Assembly: GCA_016930485.1 (NCBI GenBank)
Contig: JAFGGP010000051.1
Span: 1-56,984, forward strand
DNA from: Candidatus Omnitrophota bacterium
Lineage (GTDB): Bacteria; Omnitrophota; Gorgyraeia; JAFGGP01
Reading direction: 5' to 3'
DNA length: 56,984 bases
In this document: one piece after another, positions 30,104 to 39,904 of the stretch
Layout of the letters: the number at the start of each line of letters is the position of its first letter
Position numbering within the stretch: the first letter of the stretch is position 1
Made by a program: the position numbers and the translations under genes
The notes under the pieces: generated by a model
Told to the model about the DNA's origin: nothing
Seen by the model: only the letters and a program-made list of their open reading frames with translations
Database searches by the model: none

Positions 30104-31105
30104 CTACACCAACCCCGCCTTTAAGAGGTCCTGCACATCGATCAACCCGACAGGGGCACCGTTCTCATCAACAACAGGGATTTCGTCGATCTTCTTCTCC
30201 CGCAGGATAGTCAGCGCCTCCTGGGCAAGCGTATCGCCCGAGATCGTTATCGGATGTGGTGTCATAACCCTGGAGATCGGGATATTCGAGATATCACCCT
30301 CTTTTTCGAAGTGACGCCTGAGGTCGCCGTCGGTAAAGATGCCGGCGAGCCTGCCTTTACCGTCCACAACCGTGACAGACCCGGCGCGCGCGGTGGTTAC
30401 CGCAATCAGGGCTTCCTTGACCTGGGCATCCTCGGAGACAATCGGATTATCGCTGCCTGAGCGCATAATATCCCTCACCCTGAGGAGGAGCCTTTTACCC
30501 AGCGCACCGCCGGGATGATAAAACGCAAAGTCCTCGGGCCGGAAATCGTGCATAAATGCGAGCGCGATCGCAAGGGCATCGCCGAGGGCGAGCATGGCCG
30601 TTGTTGAGGAAGTTGGCGCCAGCCCCAGATAGCACGCCTCTGACGTAACCTCCATATCAAGAAGGATGTCGCTTGAGGTAGCCAGCGTAGAATTGGCATT
30701 ATTAGTAATCGCTATCAGTTTTGCGCCGATCCGTTTAATCAGTGGAATCAACCGGACAATCTCCTCGGTCTCCCCGCTGTTCGAAAGGGCCAGAACGATG
30801 TCCTCTTTGGTAACGCGGCCCAGGTCTCCGTGAATCGCCTCGGCCGGATGCAAATACAGGCTAGGGGTGCCGGTAGAAGAAAGGGTCGCTGATATCTTCT
30901 GCGCAATAAAACCAGGTTTACCCATGCCGGTGACCACCACCCTGCCGGTAGCCTCAAAGATCGTCCGACAGGCCTCGTAGAAATTGTCCCCTACCTTCTT
31001 TACCGCCTGCGAAATCGCCTCCGCCTCGACGGTAAGGGTCTTCCTGCCGAGTGCGACAATCGTCTTGATATCCTCTTTTCTCTCCAGTTCTTTACGTAGT
31101 GACAT
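30104..31105 (-). CDS. kdsD: Arabinose 5-phosphate isomerase (SIS + CBS)
   Basis: TGMGKPG, LHPAEAIHGDLG, APTSSTT, HPGGALG, CBS pair. Confidence 0.96.
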   Translation of the reverse strand: MSLRKELERKEDIKTIVALGRKTLTVEAEAISQAVKKVGDNFYEACRTIFEATGRVVVTGMGKPGFIAQKISATLSSTGTPSLYLHPAEAIHGDLGRVTKEDIVLALSNSGETEEIVRLIPLIKRIGAKLIAITNNANSTLATSSDILLDMEVTSEACYLGLAPTSSTTAMLALGDALAIALAFMHDFRPEDFAFYHPGGALGKRLLLRVRDIMRSGSDNPIVSEDAQVKEALIAVTTARAGSVTVVDGKGRLAGIFTDGDLRRHFEKEGDISNIPISRVMTPHPITISGDTLAQEALTILREKKIDEIPVVDENGAPVGLIDVQDLLKAGLV

Positions 31106-31928
31106 GATCTAATGCCTTTCGTATCGCGAGTGCCTCGGTAAGAAGCGTCTCGACTTCATCAAGCGGGAGCATGTTCGCCCCGTCGCTCAGCCCTTTATCA
31201 GGGTCCGGGTGCACCTCGAGAAACACGCCGTCGCAGCCGACCGCAACCGCAGCCCGGACCAGATGCGGGATGAACCGCCGTTCGCCCCCCGAGCTTTCCC
31301 CTTTTCCGCCGGGGGCCTGCACCGAGTGCGTCGCATCAAAGATTACCGGATACCCGAATTCCCGCATAATGGGGAGCGCCCGGAAATCGGTGATCAGCTG
31401 ATTGTATCCGAACGAGGTCCCGCGCTCTGTCAGGATAAGCCTTTCACAGCCAGAGGCAGCACACTTCTCGATAATGTTCTTTACGTCCCAAGGGGCAAGG
31501 AACTGCCCTTTTTTCACATTAACCGCCCGGCCGCTCTGTGAGGCGGCAATTAAAAGGTCGGTCTGGCGCGACAGAAAGGCCGGGATCTGCAGGACGTCGG
31601 CCACCAGGCTAACCTCTTTGACCTGTGCAACGTCGTGTACATCCGTCGTGACCGGCACCGCGTATTCCTTTTTTATCTTTTCAAGAATCCTGAGCCCCTC
31701 TTTCATGCCGGGTCCGCGGTATGAACGAAGTGACGAGCGGTTTGCCTTATCAAAACTTGCCTTGAAGACAAAAGGAAGGGAAAGTCTCCCGGCGATTTCC
31801 TTGAGGCTAGCGGCAATATCCCGGACAAGCGCCTCATCTTCGATAACGCACGGTCCGGCGATGAGTGCTGGCGGACCTTCGCCCCCTAGAATAACGTCTT
31901 CTGTAACAGCGATACGTTTTATCGTCAT
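31092..31928 (-). CDS. kdsA: KDO 8-phosphate synthase
   Basis: IAGPCVIE, KASFDKANRSS, QIPAFLSRQTDL, ERGTSFGY, DATHSVQ. Confidence 0.97.
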   Translation of the reverse strand: MTIKRIAVTEDVILGGEGPPALIAGPCVIEDEALVRDIAASLKEIAGRLSLPFVFKASFDKANRSSLRSYRGPGMKEGLRILEKIKKEYAVPVTTDVHDVAQVKEVSLVADVLQIPAFLSRQTDLLIAASQSGRAVNVKKGQFLAPWDVKNIIEKCAASGCERLILTERGTSFGYNQLITDFRALPIMREFGYPVIFDATHSVQAPGGKGESSGGERRFIPHLVRAAVAVGCDGVFLEVHPDPDKGLSDGANMLPLDEVETLLTEALAIRKALDHVTT

Positions 31929-32674
31929 CGTCCTTCCTCCTCCATGAGAAGCCGGCGCACCCGCGCAAGGTCATCTTCGGTGTCGATGCCGACGGAATCG
32001 CCCGGGGAAATCCCCACCTTAATCCGCACCCCCGCGCCAAGCCAGCGCAACTGCTCAAGTGACTCTGCCTCTTCTAACCGCGTGGGCAGAAGTCCGGCGA
32101 TGCGCGCGAAAACCTCTTTTCTGTATCCATACATCCCGATATGCTTCAAGTAGGCCGACTCACCTGCCGGAGGCACCGTCCTGTAATAGGGTATCGGGCT
32201 CCTTGAAAAATAGAGCGCAAACCGTTCGTTATCGCACACTGCCTTTACCACGTTCGGATTGTTGGCCTGTTCGGAGGAGATTATGGGAAAGACAAGTGTC
32301 GCCACCTCTGCGCGCGGGTCTTCATCAAAAAGACCCACAAGGGTATCCACCATCTCCCCGGTCACCAGGGGTTCATCGCCCTGGATATTCACCACAATGC
32401 GGGCGTCTTTCGAGCAGGTCGCCTCGTATGCACGCTCGGTGCCGGAGCGGCACGTCTGAGACGTCATCACGGCCCGGGCCCCGAATGAGGCCGCGTGCTG
32501 TATTATCCGCTCATCGTCGGTTGCAATGAGCAGTTCGTCCAAAAGCCGTGAGCTCCTCGCCCCTTCATAGACGCGTCTGATGAGTGATTTGCCGCAGATA
32601 TCCGCGAGCGGCTTTGCCTTGAGACGTGTCGAACCGTAACGCGCAGGGATGACACCGATCACAGCACCCGACAT
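31925..32674 (-). CDS. kdsB: CMP-KDO synthetase
   Basis: IPARYGSTRL-x-x-KPL, SGTER, NIQGDEP, ESLEQLR. Confidence 0.97.
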   Translation of the reverse strand: MSGAVIGVIPARYGSTRLKAKPLADICGKSLIRRVYEGARSSRLLDELLIATDDERIIQHAASFGARAVMTSQTCRSGTERAYEATCSKDARIVVNIQGDEPLVTGEMVDTLVGLFDEDPRAEVATLVFPIISSEQANNPNVVKAVCDNERFALYFSRSPIPYYRTVPPAGESAYLKHIGMYGYRKEVFARIAGLLPTRLEEAESLEQLRWLGAGVRIKVGISPGDSVGIDTEDDLARVRRLLMEEEGR

Positions 32675-33654
32675 TACCCCTCCAGTATTCTCTTCATGAG
32701 CTCTTCTGACTCGGCAACAGAGATCCCGACCTTTTCGACCACAAGACCGGCCGCGTAATTCGCGATATGTGCCGCCTCTGTCATGCTCGCCCCCGCACCC
32801 ACCGCAAGGGCAAACGCGGAGATAACCGTATCGCCTGCCCCGGAGACATCAAATACCTCGCGGGCAAACGTCGGGATTTCCACCGGACCCTCTCCCTGCT
32901 CAAAAAGGCACATACCGTCTTCGCCCAACGTTACCAAGACGGCTTGACAGTTCAAATTCTCAAGGAGCGTCCGTCCCGCTTTATAGAGGCCTTCTTTATC
33001 CTTGATGCGCACGTTGCTGCCCTCGCCCGCCTCTTTGCGGTTTGGGGTGATTGCGGTCACGCCTTTATAGCAGTGAAAATTTTCGATTTTCGGGTCGACG
33101 AAAATGAGTTTGTTATTTTTAACACAGAGCGGCACCAGCCTGTCCAGAAGCGGGGCGTTCACCACGCCCTTGCCATAGTCCTCTATGACCACCACATCCG
33201 TATCGGCAATGCGATCCTCCACCACAGAGAGAATCTGTGATCCGATCGGGTCGGAAATGGGGTTTACGTCCTCTGTATCAAACCGTACTACCTGCTGGTG
33301 ATGGGCAATAACGCGCGTCTTGACGGTTGTGGGCCGCGCCTTGTCGACGATGATGCCGTCGGTTAGGACACTGCGCACCTCCAGCTGTTGCCGAAGCGTC
33401 TTTCCTTCGTCATCGTCCCCGGTCACCCCGCAGAGGGTGACCTGCCCTTTCAGCGTGGCGATATTGTTGGCAACATTCGCCGCTCCCCCCGGCATAAAAC
33501 TCTCTGAGGTAACCCAGACCACCGGAACCGGGGCCTCGGGAGAAATCCGCTCAACCTGTCCCCACAGAAACTTATCAAAGATAAGATCCCCGATAACCAG
33601 CACGCGCACCTTATGAAAATTCTTGATCGCTGACACCAGCACTTTTTTATCCAT
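32674..33654 (-). CDS. hldE: D-glycero-D-manno-heptose-7-phosphate kinase (RfaE domain I)
   Basis: RISPEAPVPV, GGAANVA, DYGKG, DVSGAGDT; kinase domain only; start refined to ATG 33654. Confidence 0.92.
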   Translation of the reverse strand: MDKKVLVSAIKNFHKVRVLVIGDLIFDKFLWGQVERISPEAPVPVVWVTSESFMPGGAANVANNIATLKGQVTLCGVTGDDDEGKTLRQQLEVRSVLTDGIIVDKARPTTVKTRVIAHHQQVVRFDTEDVNPISDPIGSQILSVVEDRIADTDVVVIEDYGKGVVNAPLLDRLVPLCVKNNKLIFVDPKIENFHCYKGVTAITPNRKEAGEGSNVRIKDKEGLYKAGRTLLENLNCQAVLVTLGEDGMCLFEQGEGPVEIPTFAREVFDVSGAGDTVISAFALAVGAGASMTEAAHIANYAAGLVVEKVGISVAESEELMKRILEG

Positions 33655-34612
33655 GTCGTCTCCCCTTTTCCATCGCCTCAAGAATGCCGTAGGCAAAGAG
33701 AGGCAGCATAATCTCGTGATGTCCGGTAATCGACATGCCCCGGGCCCGCGGACCCGATAGCGGTCGCCTCACGATATTCTCGGTCGGACGGTACTGTCTG
33801 AGCATATCAAAATCGGCGGCGGTAAAATTTCTGACCGGCCTGCCGAGATTCCTGCTGATACTCACCGCCTTCAGAAAAACCTCGGGCAGGATAACCGCCG
33901 AACCGAAATTAATAACCACGCCGCCCTCGTTAAGACCCGGCACCTGTGCGCAGAGGATGTGAAAATCCCTGAGCGAGGCCGCACCGATGCTTGCCCCGTC
34001 ACACTCGGGGTGCTGATGGATAATGTCGGTACCGAGCGCGACATGCACGGTGGCCGGCACCTGCCTCCTGTATGCGCACCCGAGGAGGCTGATGTCGCGG
34101 TAGGGCAGCTTTTTTGTATGGATCATCCTGCCGATCGCATACCCCATGCCCTCTCCTTTTTGGGCGCCTTTTCTGACAGCCTGGTTCAAAAAACGCGAGG
34201 TCTCGATGCTCATGCCGAACGCCCCGTCCTGTATGGCGCTGGCAACATGTTCGGAGGTTGCCCCGGCATAGGAAAGCTCAAAGTCATGAATAGCCCCGGC
34301 ACCATTAAGGGCAATAGCGGTTACTATATTCTTTTCTAACAGCTCTATAATAAATCTACTAAGGCCGCATTTAATGACATGGGCACCACACATCAGAAGC
34401 ACCGTCTTTTTCTTTTTACGGGCCTTGATGACCGAATCGATGAGATAATGTAGGTCGCGTGCCGCAAGGACCTCAGGAAGCGACCCCAGAAATTCCGAAA
34501 AAGAGAGGCCGTGCGGGGCAACACGGGCTATATTCTCCTGCCGGAACTGACTCTTCCTCACCTTCAGGGAGACACGCTTGAGTTGTTTAAGGTTGGGGAA
34601 ACTCTTTTTCAT
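33647..34612 (-). CDS. Conserved hypothetical protein with deoxyhypusine-synthase-like features
   Basis: GAHVIKCG, NGAGAIHDFE, G-x-x-x-ET, ATVHVALGTDIIH, GSAVILPEVFLKA; fold assignment from remembered family pattern only. Confidence 0.65.
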   Translation of the reverse strand: MKKSFPNLKQLKRVSLKVRKSQFRQENIARVAPHGLSFSEFLGSLPEVLAARDLHYLIDSVIKARKKKKTVLLMCGAHVIKCGLSRFIIELLEKNIVTAIALNGAGAIHDFELSYAGATSEHVASAIQDGAFGMSIETSRFLNQAVRKGAQKGEGMGYAIGRMIHTKKLPYRDISLLGCAYRRQVPATVHVALGTDIIHQHPECDGASIGAASLRDFHILCAQVPGLNEGGVVINFGSAVILPEVFLKAVSISRNLGRPVRNFTAADFDMLRQYRPTENIVRRPLSGPRARGMSITGHHEIMLPLFAYGILEAMEKGRRHG

Positions 34613-34649
34613 GGTATGCCCGTATAATCATCACAAGTTATTGATTTTA

Positions 34650-35474
34650 TCACTCTTGGGAAGTATCGTCAATCTTTTCTATCGAGTCAAGACAGGCGAT
34701 AACCTTGCCCATGATAGGCGCCTCGGTCTGGACGGTCAGGGGATACCGGTGTTCATCGCTGCTGACCCAGGCAATCATCCGCCCCTTTCTGATGATAACC
34801 CCCTGCATCTCGGTGACCGGCTCGATCATGACCGCTTCATATTCACCGAGGCCCCGGATGGCAACCCGGGCGCCCTCGAGAATATCGACCCTGACCTCCC
34901 AGTTCTTTTCATCAGAGCTGACATTCACAAATACCGGCTTGCCGATCTCAAGCTTGAGCGTCCGGAAATAGTAGAGACAGCTCAGGGTGTCCTGGGTAAA
35001 CCGGGTGATCTTAAATTCCTTCTCGGATCCGTTTGTCAGGGATTTGTAATACCCTATCCCCTTTTCGTGGTCAAACTCCACTACCTCATGCGCACGGTAC
35101 CTGCCCTCCCGTTGATCCTTAATAAATTTAAGCGCATATAGGCCTTTTACGTCGATAAACGTCTCTACCCGGTCTTCGATTTTATAGATAGGGTTCAGTA
35201 TCTTATTTGATCTGGCCTCGGCGATAACATGGTATGCCTCCTGTCCGTTTACCGTCACTATCTCTTTGATCCACAGGGTCCCCTCCCCGACCGTCATGCC
35301 GAGCCATCGTATTTTATAGAGCAGCTTTTCCCCGACAGGCAGCTTTTTGGACGGCACCTCAACAACCATCTCCTCCTGTGGCACCTCTTCTGTTTTGACC
35401 CGCCGGCCGACCCCGCTGCATCCGCTGCATACCCCGATTATCAAAACGAAAAAAATAAGATATCGTCTTCTCAT
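34650..35474 (-). CDS. DUF3108-like exported protein
   Basis: Signal/lipobox-like N-terminus (CSGC), GEKLLYKIRW, QDTLS, WVSSDEHRYPL. Confidence 0.75.
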   Translation of the reverse strand: MRRRYLIFFVLIIGVCSGCSGVGRRVKTEEVPQEEMVVEVPSKKLPVGEKLLYKIRWLGMTVGEGTLWIKEIVTVNGQEAYHVIAEARSNKILNPIYKIEDRVETFIDVKGLYALKFIKDQREGRYRAHEVVEFDHEKGIGYYKSLTNGSEKEFKITRFTQDTLSCLYYFRTLKLEIGKPVFVNVSSDEKNWEVRVDILEGARVAIRGLGEYEAVMIEPVTEMQGVIIRKGRMIAWVSSDEHRYPLTVQTEAPIMGKVIACLDSIEKIDDTSQE

Positions 35475-35480
35475 CCGTAT

Positions 35481-36548
35481 CTACCCCTCATCCGTGAAGC
35501 GCGCCTCGCGCACAAGTTCCTCAACCTTTTCATAAACCTCATCAGGTGTAATTAACCGGAGGCATTCGAATCCGCGGGTGCAGTCATGGGCATAGCATAC
35601 CTCACACCCCGCGTCTTTATGAAAGACTGCATCGCGTTCCCCGACAGGGCCCCATCGCGCAGGACTCAACCCATCCTGTCTCCTCCCGAAAAGGGCGATG
35701 CAGGGGGTAGTAACGGCTGCGCTGATATGCACCGGTCCGGAATCGTTGGACACAAAAAGCCTGGCCCATTTTAACACCCATCCCAATTCACCGAGCGAGA
35801 GCCTTCCGGTAAAATCAATAACCGATCCCGCACATTCGGATGCAAGGGCGGCAGTCAATGCAGTGTCGCGCGCCCCACCAACAATAGCCACCTTGAGCCC
35901 GAGCTCCGTTACGATCCGGTGTATAAGGGTGCGGAAGTGCTCCAGGGGCCAGCACTTTGACGGACAGCTCGCCTGGGCATGAACGGCGACGTACCGTTTT
36001 CGTTCAAGGCCTGTTTCGCGAAATCGTTTTCTGACCGCGTCTCTTGTCTCCTGACGAAGCGGGAAGTACAGGCAGGTGTACCGGAGGTCCTCGATCCCCA
36101 GCCCCTTCCTGATGAGTTCGAGATTGCCGTCTATCTCATGCATTAGGCCGGTCTTTTTGATGTCGGCAAAACGTCTGGTCAGCAGAAATGAAAGCCGCCT
36201 TTCATACCCGATCCGCACGGGAATGCCGGCAAGATACGACAACAGCACCACCCGGTTGGTCGAGTGCAGGATAAGGGCTATATCAAATTTTTTATGCCGC
36301 AACATCCGGGAAAAAAGAAACGATCCCCATAAGGAGCGGTGAGCGCCCTCTTTGTCATATATCAGGACCTCATTAATAAACGGGTTTCCCTCGACGGTCT
36401 CGCGTGTCTTCGGTGTCACCAGGACCGAAATGTGCGCGGTGGGAAAATGCCTCCTGAGCACCTCAAAGACCGGTGTCGAGAGGACCACATCGCCGATCCG
36501 GTCGGTACGTGTTACTAAAATCCTGCTGATGGTAGTGCGGTTACTCAT
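35481..36548 (-). CDS. GT9 LPS heptosyltransferase-like
   Basis: RTDRIGDVVLSTP, KCWP, SNDSGPVHI, LFG. Confidence 0.9.
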   Translation of the reverse strand: MSNRTTISRILVTRTDRIGDVVLSTPVFEVLRRHFPTAHISVLVTPKTRETVEGNPFINEVLIYDKEGAHRSLWGSFLFSRMLRHKKFDIALILHSTNRVVLLSYLAGIPVRIGYERRLSFLLTRRFADIKKTGLMHEIDGNLELIRKGLGIEDLRYTCLYFPLRQETRDAVRKRFRETGLERKRYVAVHAQASCPSKCWPLEHFRTLIHRIVTELGLKVAIVGGARDTALTAALASECAGSVIDFTGRLSLGELGWVLKWARLFVSNDSGPVHISAAVTTPCIALFGRRQDGLSPARWGPVGERDAVFHKDAGCEVCYAHDCTRGFECLRLITPDEVYEKVEELVREARFTDEG

Positions 36549-37561
36549 CGGTTTTCGCGAATGCCATCAGGCGTTCTACGGGAGGCAAGATACGCCCTGG
36601 CGTGAAAAAATACCTCCTCAGGGGTCACCGACCTGAGGCACTCGAGATGATGCCGGCAGCGCGCCTGCTCGCACGGTATGCAGTCGAGTCTCTTCTGCAG
36701 AGAAATACCGTATCCCTCAAGCGGGCCGTACTTAGCCGGATCTGTCGGTCCGAAAATGCCGATCGCAAACGTGTCGACGGCACAGGCCATGTGGAGTGGC
36801 GCGCTGTCGTTAGTAATCAAAAGGGATGAGCGACGAATGAGTGCGGCAAGCTCACCGAGTGATGTCCTGCCGCAGAGATTCGCCACACCGCTACCCACCC
36901 ATGAGGCAATGGCCTTGCCGAGTTGCCCGTCGCGGACATCGCCCAGCAAAACCGACCTGATACCAAGTTCTTCAAAGATACGCTTAATAAGTGCCACAAA
37001 GTGCAACGCGGGCCACTTCTTTGTATCGCTCTTTGACCCCGGTGCAACGGCAATAAACTCCTCAGATCCCTCTATCCCCGACCCGGCCAGGAGGATGCTT
37101 GCACGGGTCTCATCGCCGGAAGAGACCCACAGGGCCGGCTTTATACGGAAGAGATCGGATATACCGAGTCTTGTCAGCTTCCACAGGTGCCTTTCATGCA
37201 TATGGCGTATCCTGCGGGGGGACCTGTGAAGGGCGCCGATTTTGTGCCTTCCTCGCAGGAGAAACGGAAACAGGCTTTCTCTGAAATCAATGATAACGTC
37301 GTACCTCTTTTCTCTGAGCCGTTTAATAAGCGCTATCTTGGTCTCAAGCCGGGAAAATTTATCATAGATAAAAACCGTTGCAATCCGCGGATCCCCTGCG
37401 AATAGCCCTGCTGCATTCGGGCCTACCACAATATCAATCTGTGCTGAGGGGGCATGCTTCCTGAGCCCCACAATGGCCGATGTCGTCAATACCACATCAC
37501 CGATATTGGTGAGTGAAATAAGTAGCACGCGTCTGATGTCGTCTTGATTGATTCTATTCAT
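36545..37561 (-). CDS. GT9 LPS heptosyltransferase-like
   Basis: NIGDVVLT, KKWP, TNDSAPLHMA, IFGPT. Confidence 0.9.
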   Translation of the reverse strand: MNRINQDDIRRVLLISLTNIGDVVLTTSAIVGLRKHAPSAQIDIVVGPNAAGLFAGDPRIATVFIYDKFSRLETKIALIKRLREKRYDVIIDFRESLFPFLLRGRHKIGALHRSPRRIRHMHERHLWKLTRLGISDLFRIKPALWVSSGDETRASILLAGSGIEGSEEFIAVAPGSKSDTKKWPALHFVALIKRIFEELGIRSVLLGDVRDGQLGKAIASWVGSGVANLCGRTSLGELAALIRRSSLLITNDSAPLHMACAVDTFAIGIFGPTDPAKYGPLEGYGISLQKRLDCIPCEQARCRHHLECLRSVTPEEVFFHARAYLASRRTPDGIRENR

Positions 37562-38597
37562 TGCAAGAAGCCGCCCCTCCCTTTATCAGACGTTTAATCG
37601 CGGCTAGCACGTCATTCACCGCGATTGCCTCCATGCACCTGTTCTTCGGGCAGTCGAGATCATAGCATGGTTCGCTGTTACACTCGATCTCGTTTCTGAG
37701 GACCACTGTATTCGGGTGGCGCGGATGGTAGGGACCGGTGATATCGGTATGGGTAGGGCCGAAGAGCGCAACCACCGGCACACCGAGGGCGCAGGCAATA
37801 TGCATAGGGCCTGAGTCGGCCGACACCATACAGGCACTCAGCGTAAAAAGCGCACCGACCTCCCCGAGTGTCGTTTTTCCGGCCAGTGAAACAGGTCTTC
37901 GCGTCGCCCTGGCAATAATCTCCTCTGTCCTGATCCTATCTGTTGCGGCCCCGGTAAAAATTACCTGTAGCCCCGTTTCATCCGCCACCCGATCAGCCAG
38001 CCGGGCGAACGAGGCTACCGGCCACCTCTTTAAACTCCAGTTGGCACCGGCATGCATCACACAGAAGGATTCCCCTTCGGCGACACCGCTGTCCCGAAGC
38101 AATGCCCTCGCCCTTTCGATCTCCCTCTCGGTTACAAAAAAATCACACCCCTTGCCGTCGGCGGCGATACCCAGCTGTCTTAAAAGTTCCAGATACATGT
38201 CGGCGCGATGCACCGGCTCTTCCGGATAGGAAATGCGCCGTGTCAGGAGCCATCCGCTCTTCGATGTATCAAAACCTATGCGCTCGGGAATTCCGGCAAA
38301 TACGGCAAGCGCGGTCCTTGTCAACGATGGGCGCAAGAAAAAAACCGTCTCAAACTGCCGGCCCCTCAACTCCCTGACAAAAGAGGCCTTCCCACCAAGC
38401 GATGCCTCAGCACCGTCCTCATCATACAGAATCACCTCACCGATGTAAGGATTGTTCATAAGGACCGGGTGCGTCCGCGGCACGACAAAAGAGGTAATTG
38501 CGCCGTCGGGATAGGCCCTCTTAAGGTTTCGGATGAAGGGCGTCGAAAAAATGACATCGCCCAACCAGTTTGGATGTATGACGAGGATGTTGTCCAT
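37554..38597 (-). CDS. waaF: LPS heptosyltransferase II-like (GT9)
   Basis: PNWLGDVIFSTP, KRWP, DSGPMHIA, LFGPT; PNW-x-GD pattern typical of WaaF. Confidence 0.85.
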   Translation of the reverse strand: MDNILVIHPNWLGDVIFSTPFIRNLKRAYPDGAITSFVVPRTHPVLMNNPYIGEVILYDEDGAEASLGGKASFVRELRGRQFETVFFLRPSLTRTALAVFAGIPERIGFDTSKSGWLLTRRISYPEEPVHRADMYLELLRQLGIAADGKGCDFFVTEREIERARALLRDSGVAEGESFCVMHAGANWSLKRWPVASFARLADRVADETGLQVIFTGAATDRIRTEEIIARATRRPVSLAGKTTLGEVGALFTLSACMVSADSGPMHIACALGVPVVALFGPTHTDITGPYHPRHPNTVVLRNEIECNSEPCYDLDCPKNRCMEAIAVNDVLAAIKRLIKGGAASCNE

Positions 38598-38605
38598 TGT
38601 CAGCG

Positions 38606-38786
38606 TGTTCTGGTTCCGCGGGTTCTTCGAGTTGCTCGGGTTCGAAAATGGTTCTTCGGGTTAACGAGTCACTCGGGTTACTCGAGTTCAAAAAAAGAAT
38701 TCGCGAATTCGTAGAACTGGCGAACTCGCTAACCATTTTAAACTCATGAACTCGCAAACTCGCAGAACCCGTTCAACTCGCGAACT
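38606..38786. repeat. Head-to-head arrays of 8-9-bp units around a 14-bp palindrome
   Basis: Left units RGTTnnTCG; right units CGnnAACY (the reverse complement); GAATTCGCGAATTC at 38697-38710; AAAATGGTT (38645-38653) / AACCATTTT (38731-38739). Confidence 0.8.
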
Positions 38787-38794
38787 ATATTGTG

Positions 38795-39904
38795 TCATTC
38801 TTCCCCCAAAACCCGCCGGTAGACCTCTTCGGTTTTGCGGACCATGCTGTCAATATCAAAGGTCTGCCTGACGGTTTCCCGGGCCATTGTGCTGAGCTTG
38901 TTGGCGAGGGATTTATTGTCAAGCAGTTCCACAATTGCCGCATAGATCGCCTCGTCGCTCTTCGGCTTAATAAGCAGGCCATTCTGCGTATCTTTGATGA
39001 TCGACTTGATGCCCCCAACCTCAGAGGCAATAACCGGCAGCCCCGCCGCCATCGCCTCAAGCAGTGAAAGTCCCAACCCCTCCTGTGTTGAAGGCAGCAC
39101 AAAAATATCGATCGCCGCCAGCGCGATGTGGATATCCAGAAGACCCGGGATAAAAATAACCTTGTTCGCGATGTTCAGTTTGGTAGCGCGCGTATCCAAA
39201 AGCCTCCTGTACTCAGACCGGCCATCACCTACAATAACTAATGTTGCCTCGGGACGCCTCTTAAGTAGCTTTGCCATCGCATCGATCAAATAGATATGCC
39301 CCTTGACCTGAGAGAGGCGGCTAATAATCCCTATGACAGGACCCCCGCTGATACCATAGGTAGATTTAAACCTGCGTACATCGTTCTCTGAGACGGCTTG
39401 AGAAAAAAAATCGACATCGATGCCGTTATTAATAACGGTGATGCGCTCCCCGGCTATCTGAAAGACATCGACAAGATGTTGCCCCACCTCCTCGCTAATC
39501 GCTATGGTCCGGTCGCCCCAAAGGGCAAAAAGCCTCCGTCCGATCCTCCTCTTGAAAAATCCATGTGCGGTCACTATGTATGGCGTTTTTGTAAAATGGC
39601 AATACAGTCTCGCCACCATCTGGGTAATCCTGGTCTGGGCATGAACCACATCGACCCGCTCCTCACCAAGGGCCCCCAGAAGCCTGCAGAGTGACAGGAA
39701 AACCCTGGGGCTTATTTCATTTTTGGTATAAAGCGGAAGCATTATATGACGGGCACCAAAAGCGGTGAGGCGGTCGACCAGAGGTCCACCGCGGGAGGCC
39801 ACAATCACCTCATGGCCACGGGCAATGAGCCCGCCGGTCAGTGTAGTGACGTAGTTCGGAATGCCCCCGACATCCAGATGGGTCGTGATTATTAAGATCT
39901 TCAT
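38795..39904 (-). CDS. GT4 glycosyltransferase
   Basis: GGIPNY, HAQ, KGH, EGLGLSLLEAMAAG. Confidence 0.92.
   Translation of the reverse strand: MKILIITTHLDVGGIPNYVTTLTGGLIARGHEVIVASRGGPLVDRLTAFGARHIMLPLYTKNEISPRVFLSLCRLLGALGEERVDVVHAQTRITQMVARLYCHFTKTPYIVTAHGFFKRRIGRRLFALWGDRTIAISEEVGQHLVDVFQIAGERITVINNGIDVDFFSQAVSENDVRRFKSTYGISGGPVIGIISRLSQVKGHIYLIDAMAKLLKRRPEATLVIVGDGRSEYRRLLDTRATKLNIANKVIFIPGLLDIHIALAAIDIFVLPSTQEGLGLSLLEAMAAGLPVIASEVGGIKSIIKDTQNGLLIKPKSDEAIYAAIVELLDNKSLANKLSTMARETVRQTFDIDSMVRKTEEVYRRVLGEE

Noticed and set aside
38521-38757. 78-aa ORF with EPEQLEEPAEPEH
   Set aside because: The low-complexity translation is a by-product of the 9-mer array.
38606-38786. CRISPR array
   Set aside because: Units are 8-9 bp, degenerate and without spacers; no cas genes in the window.
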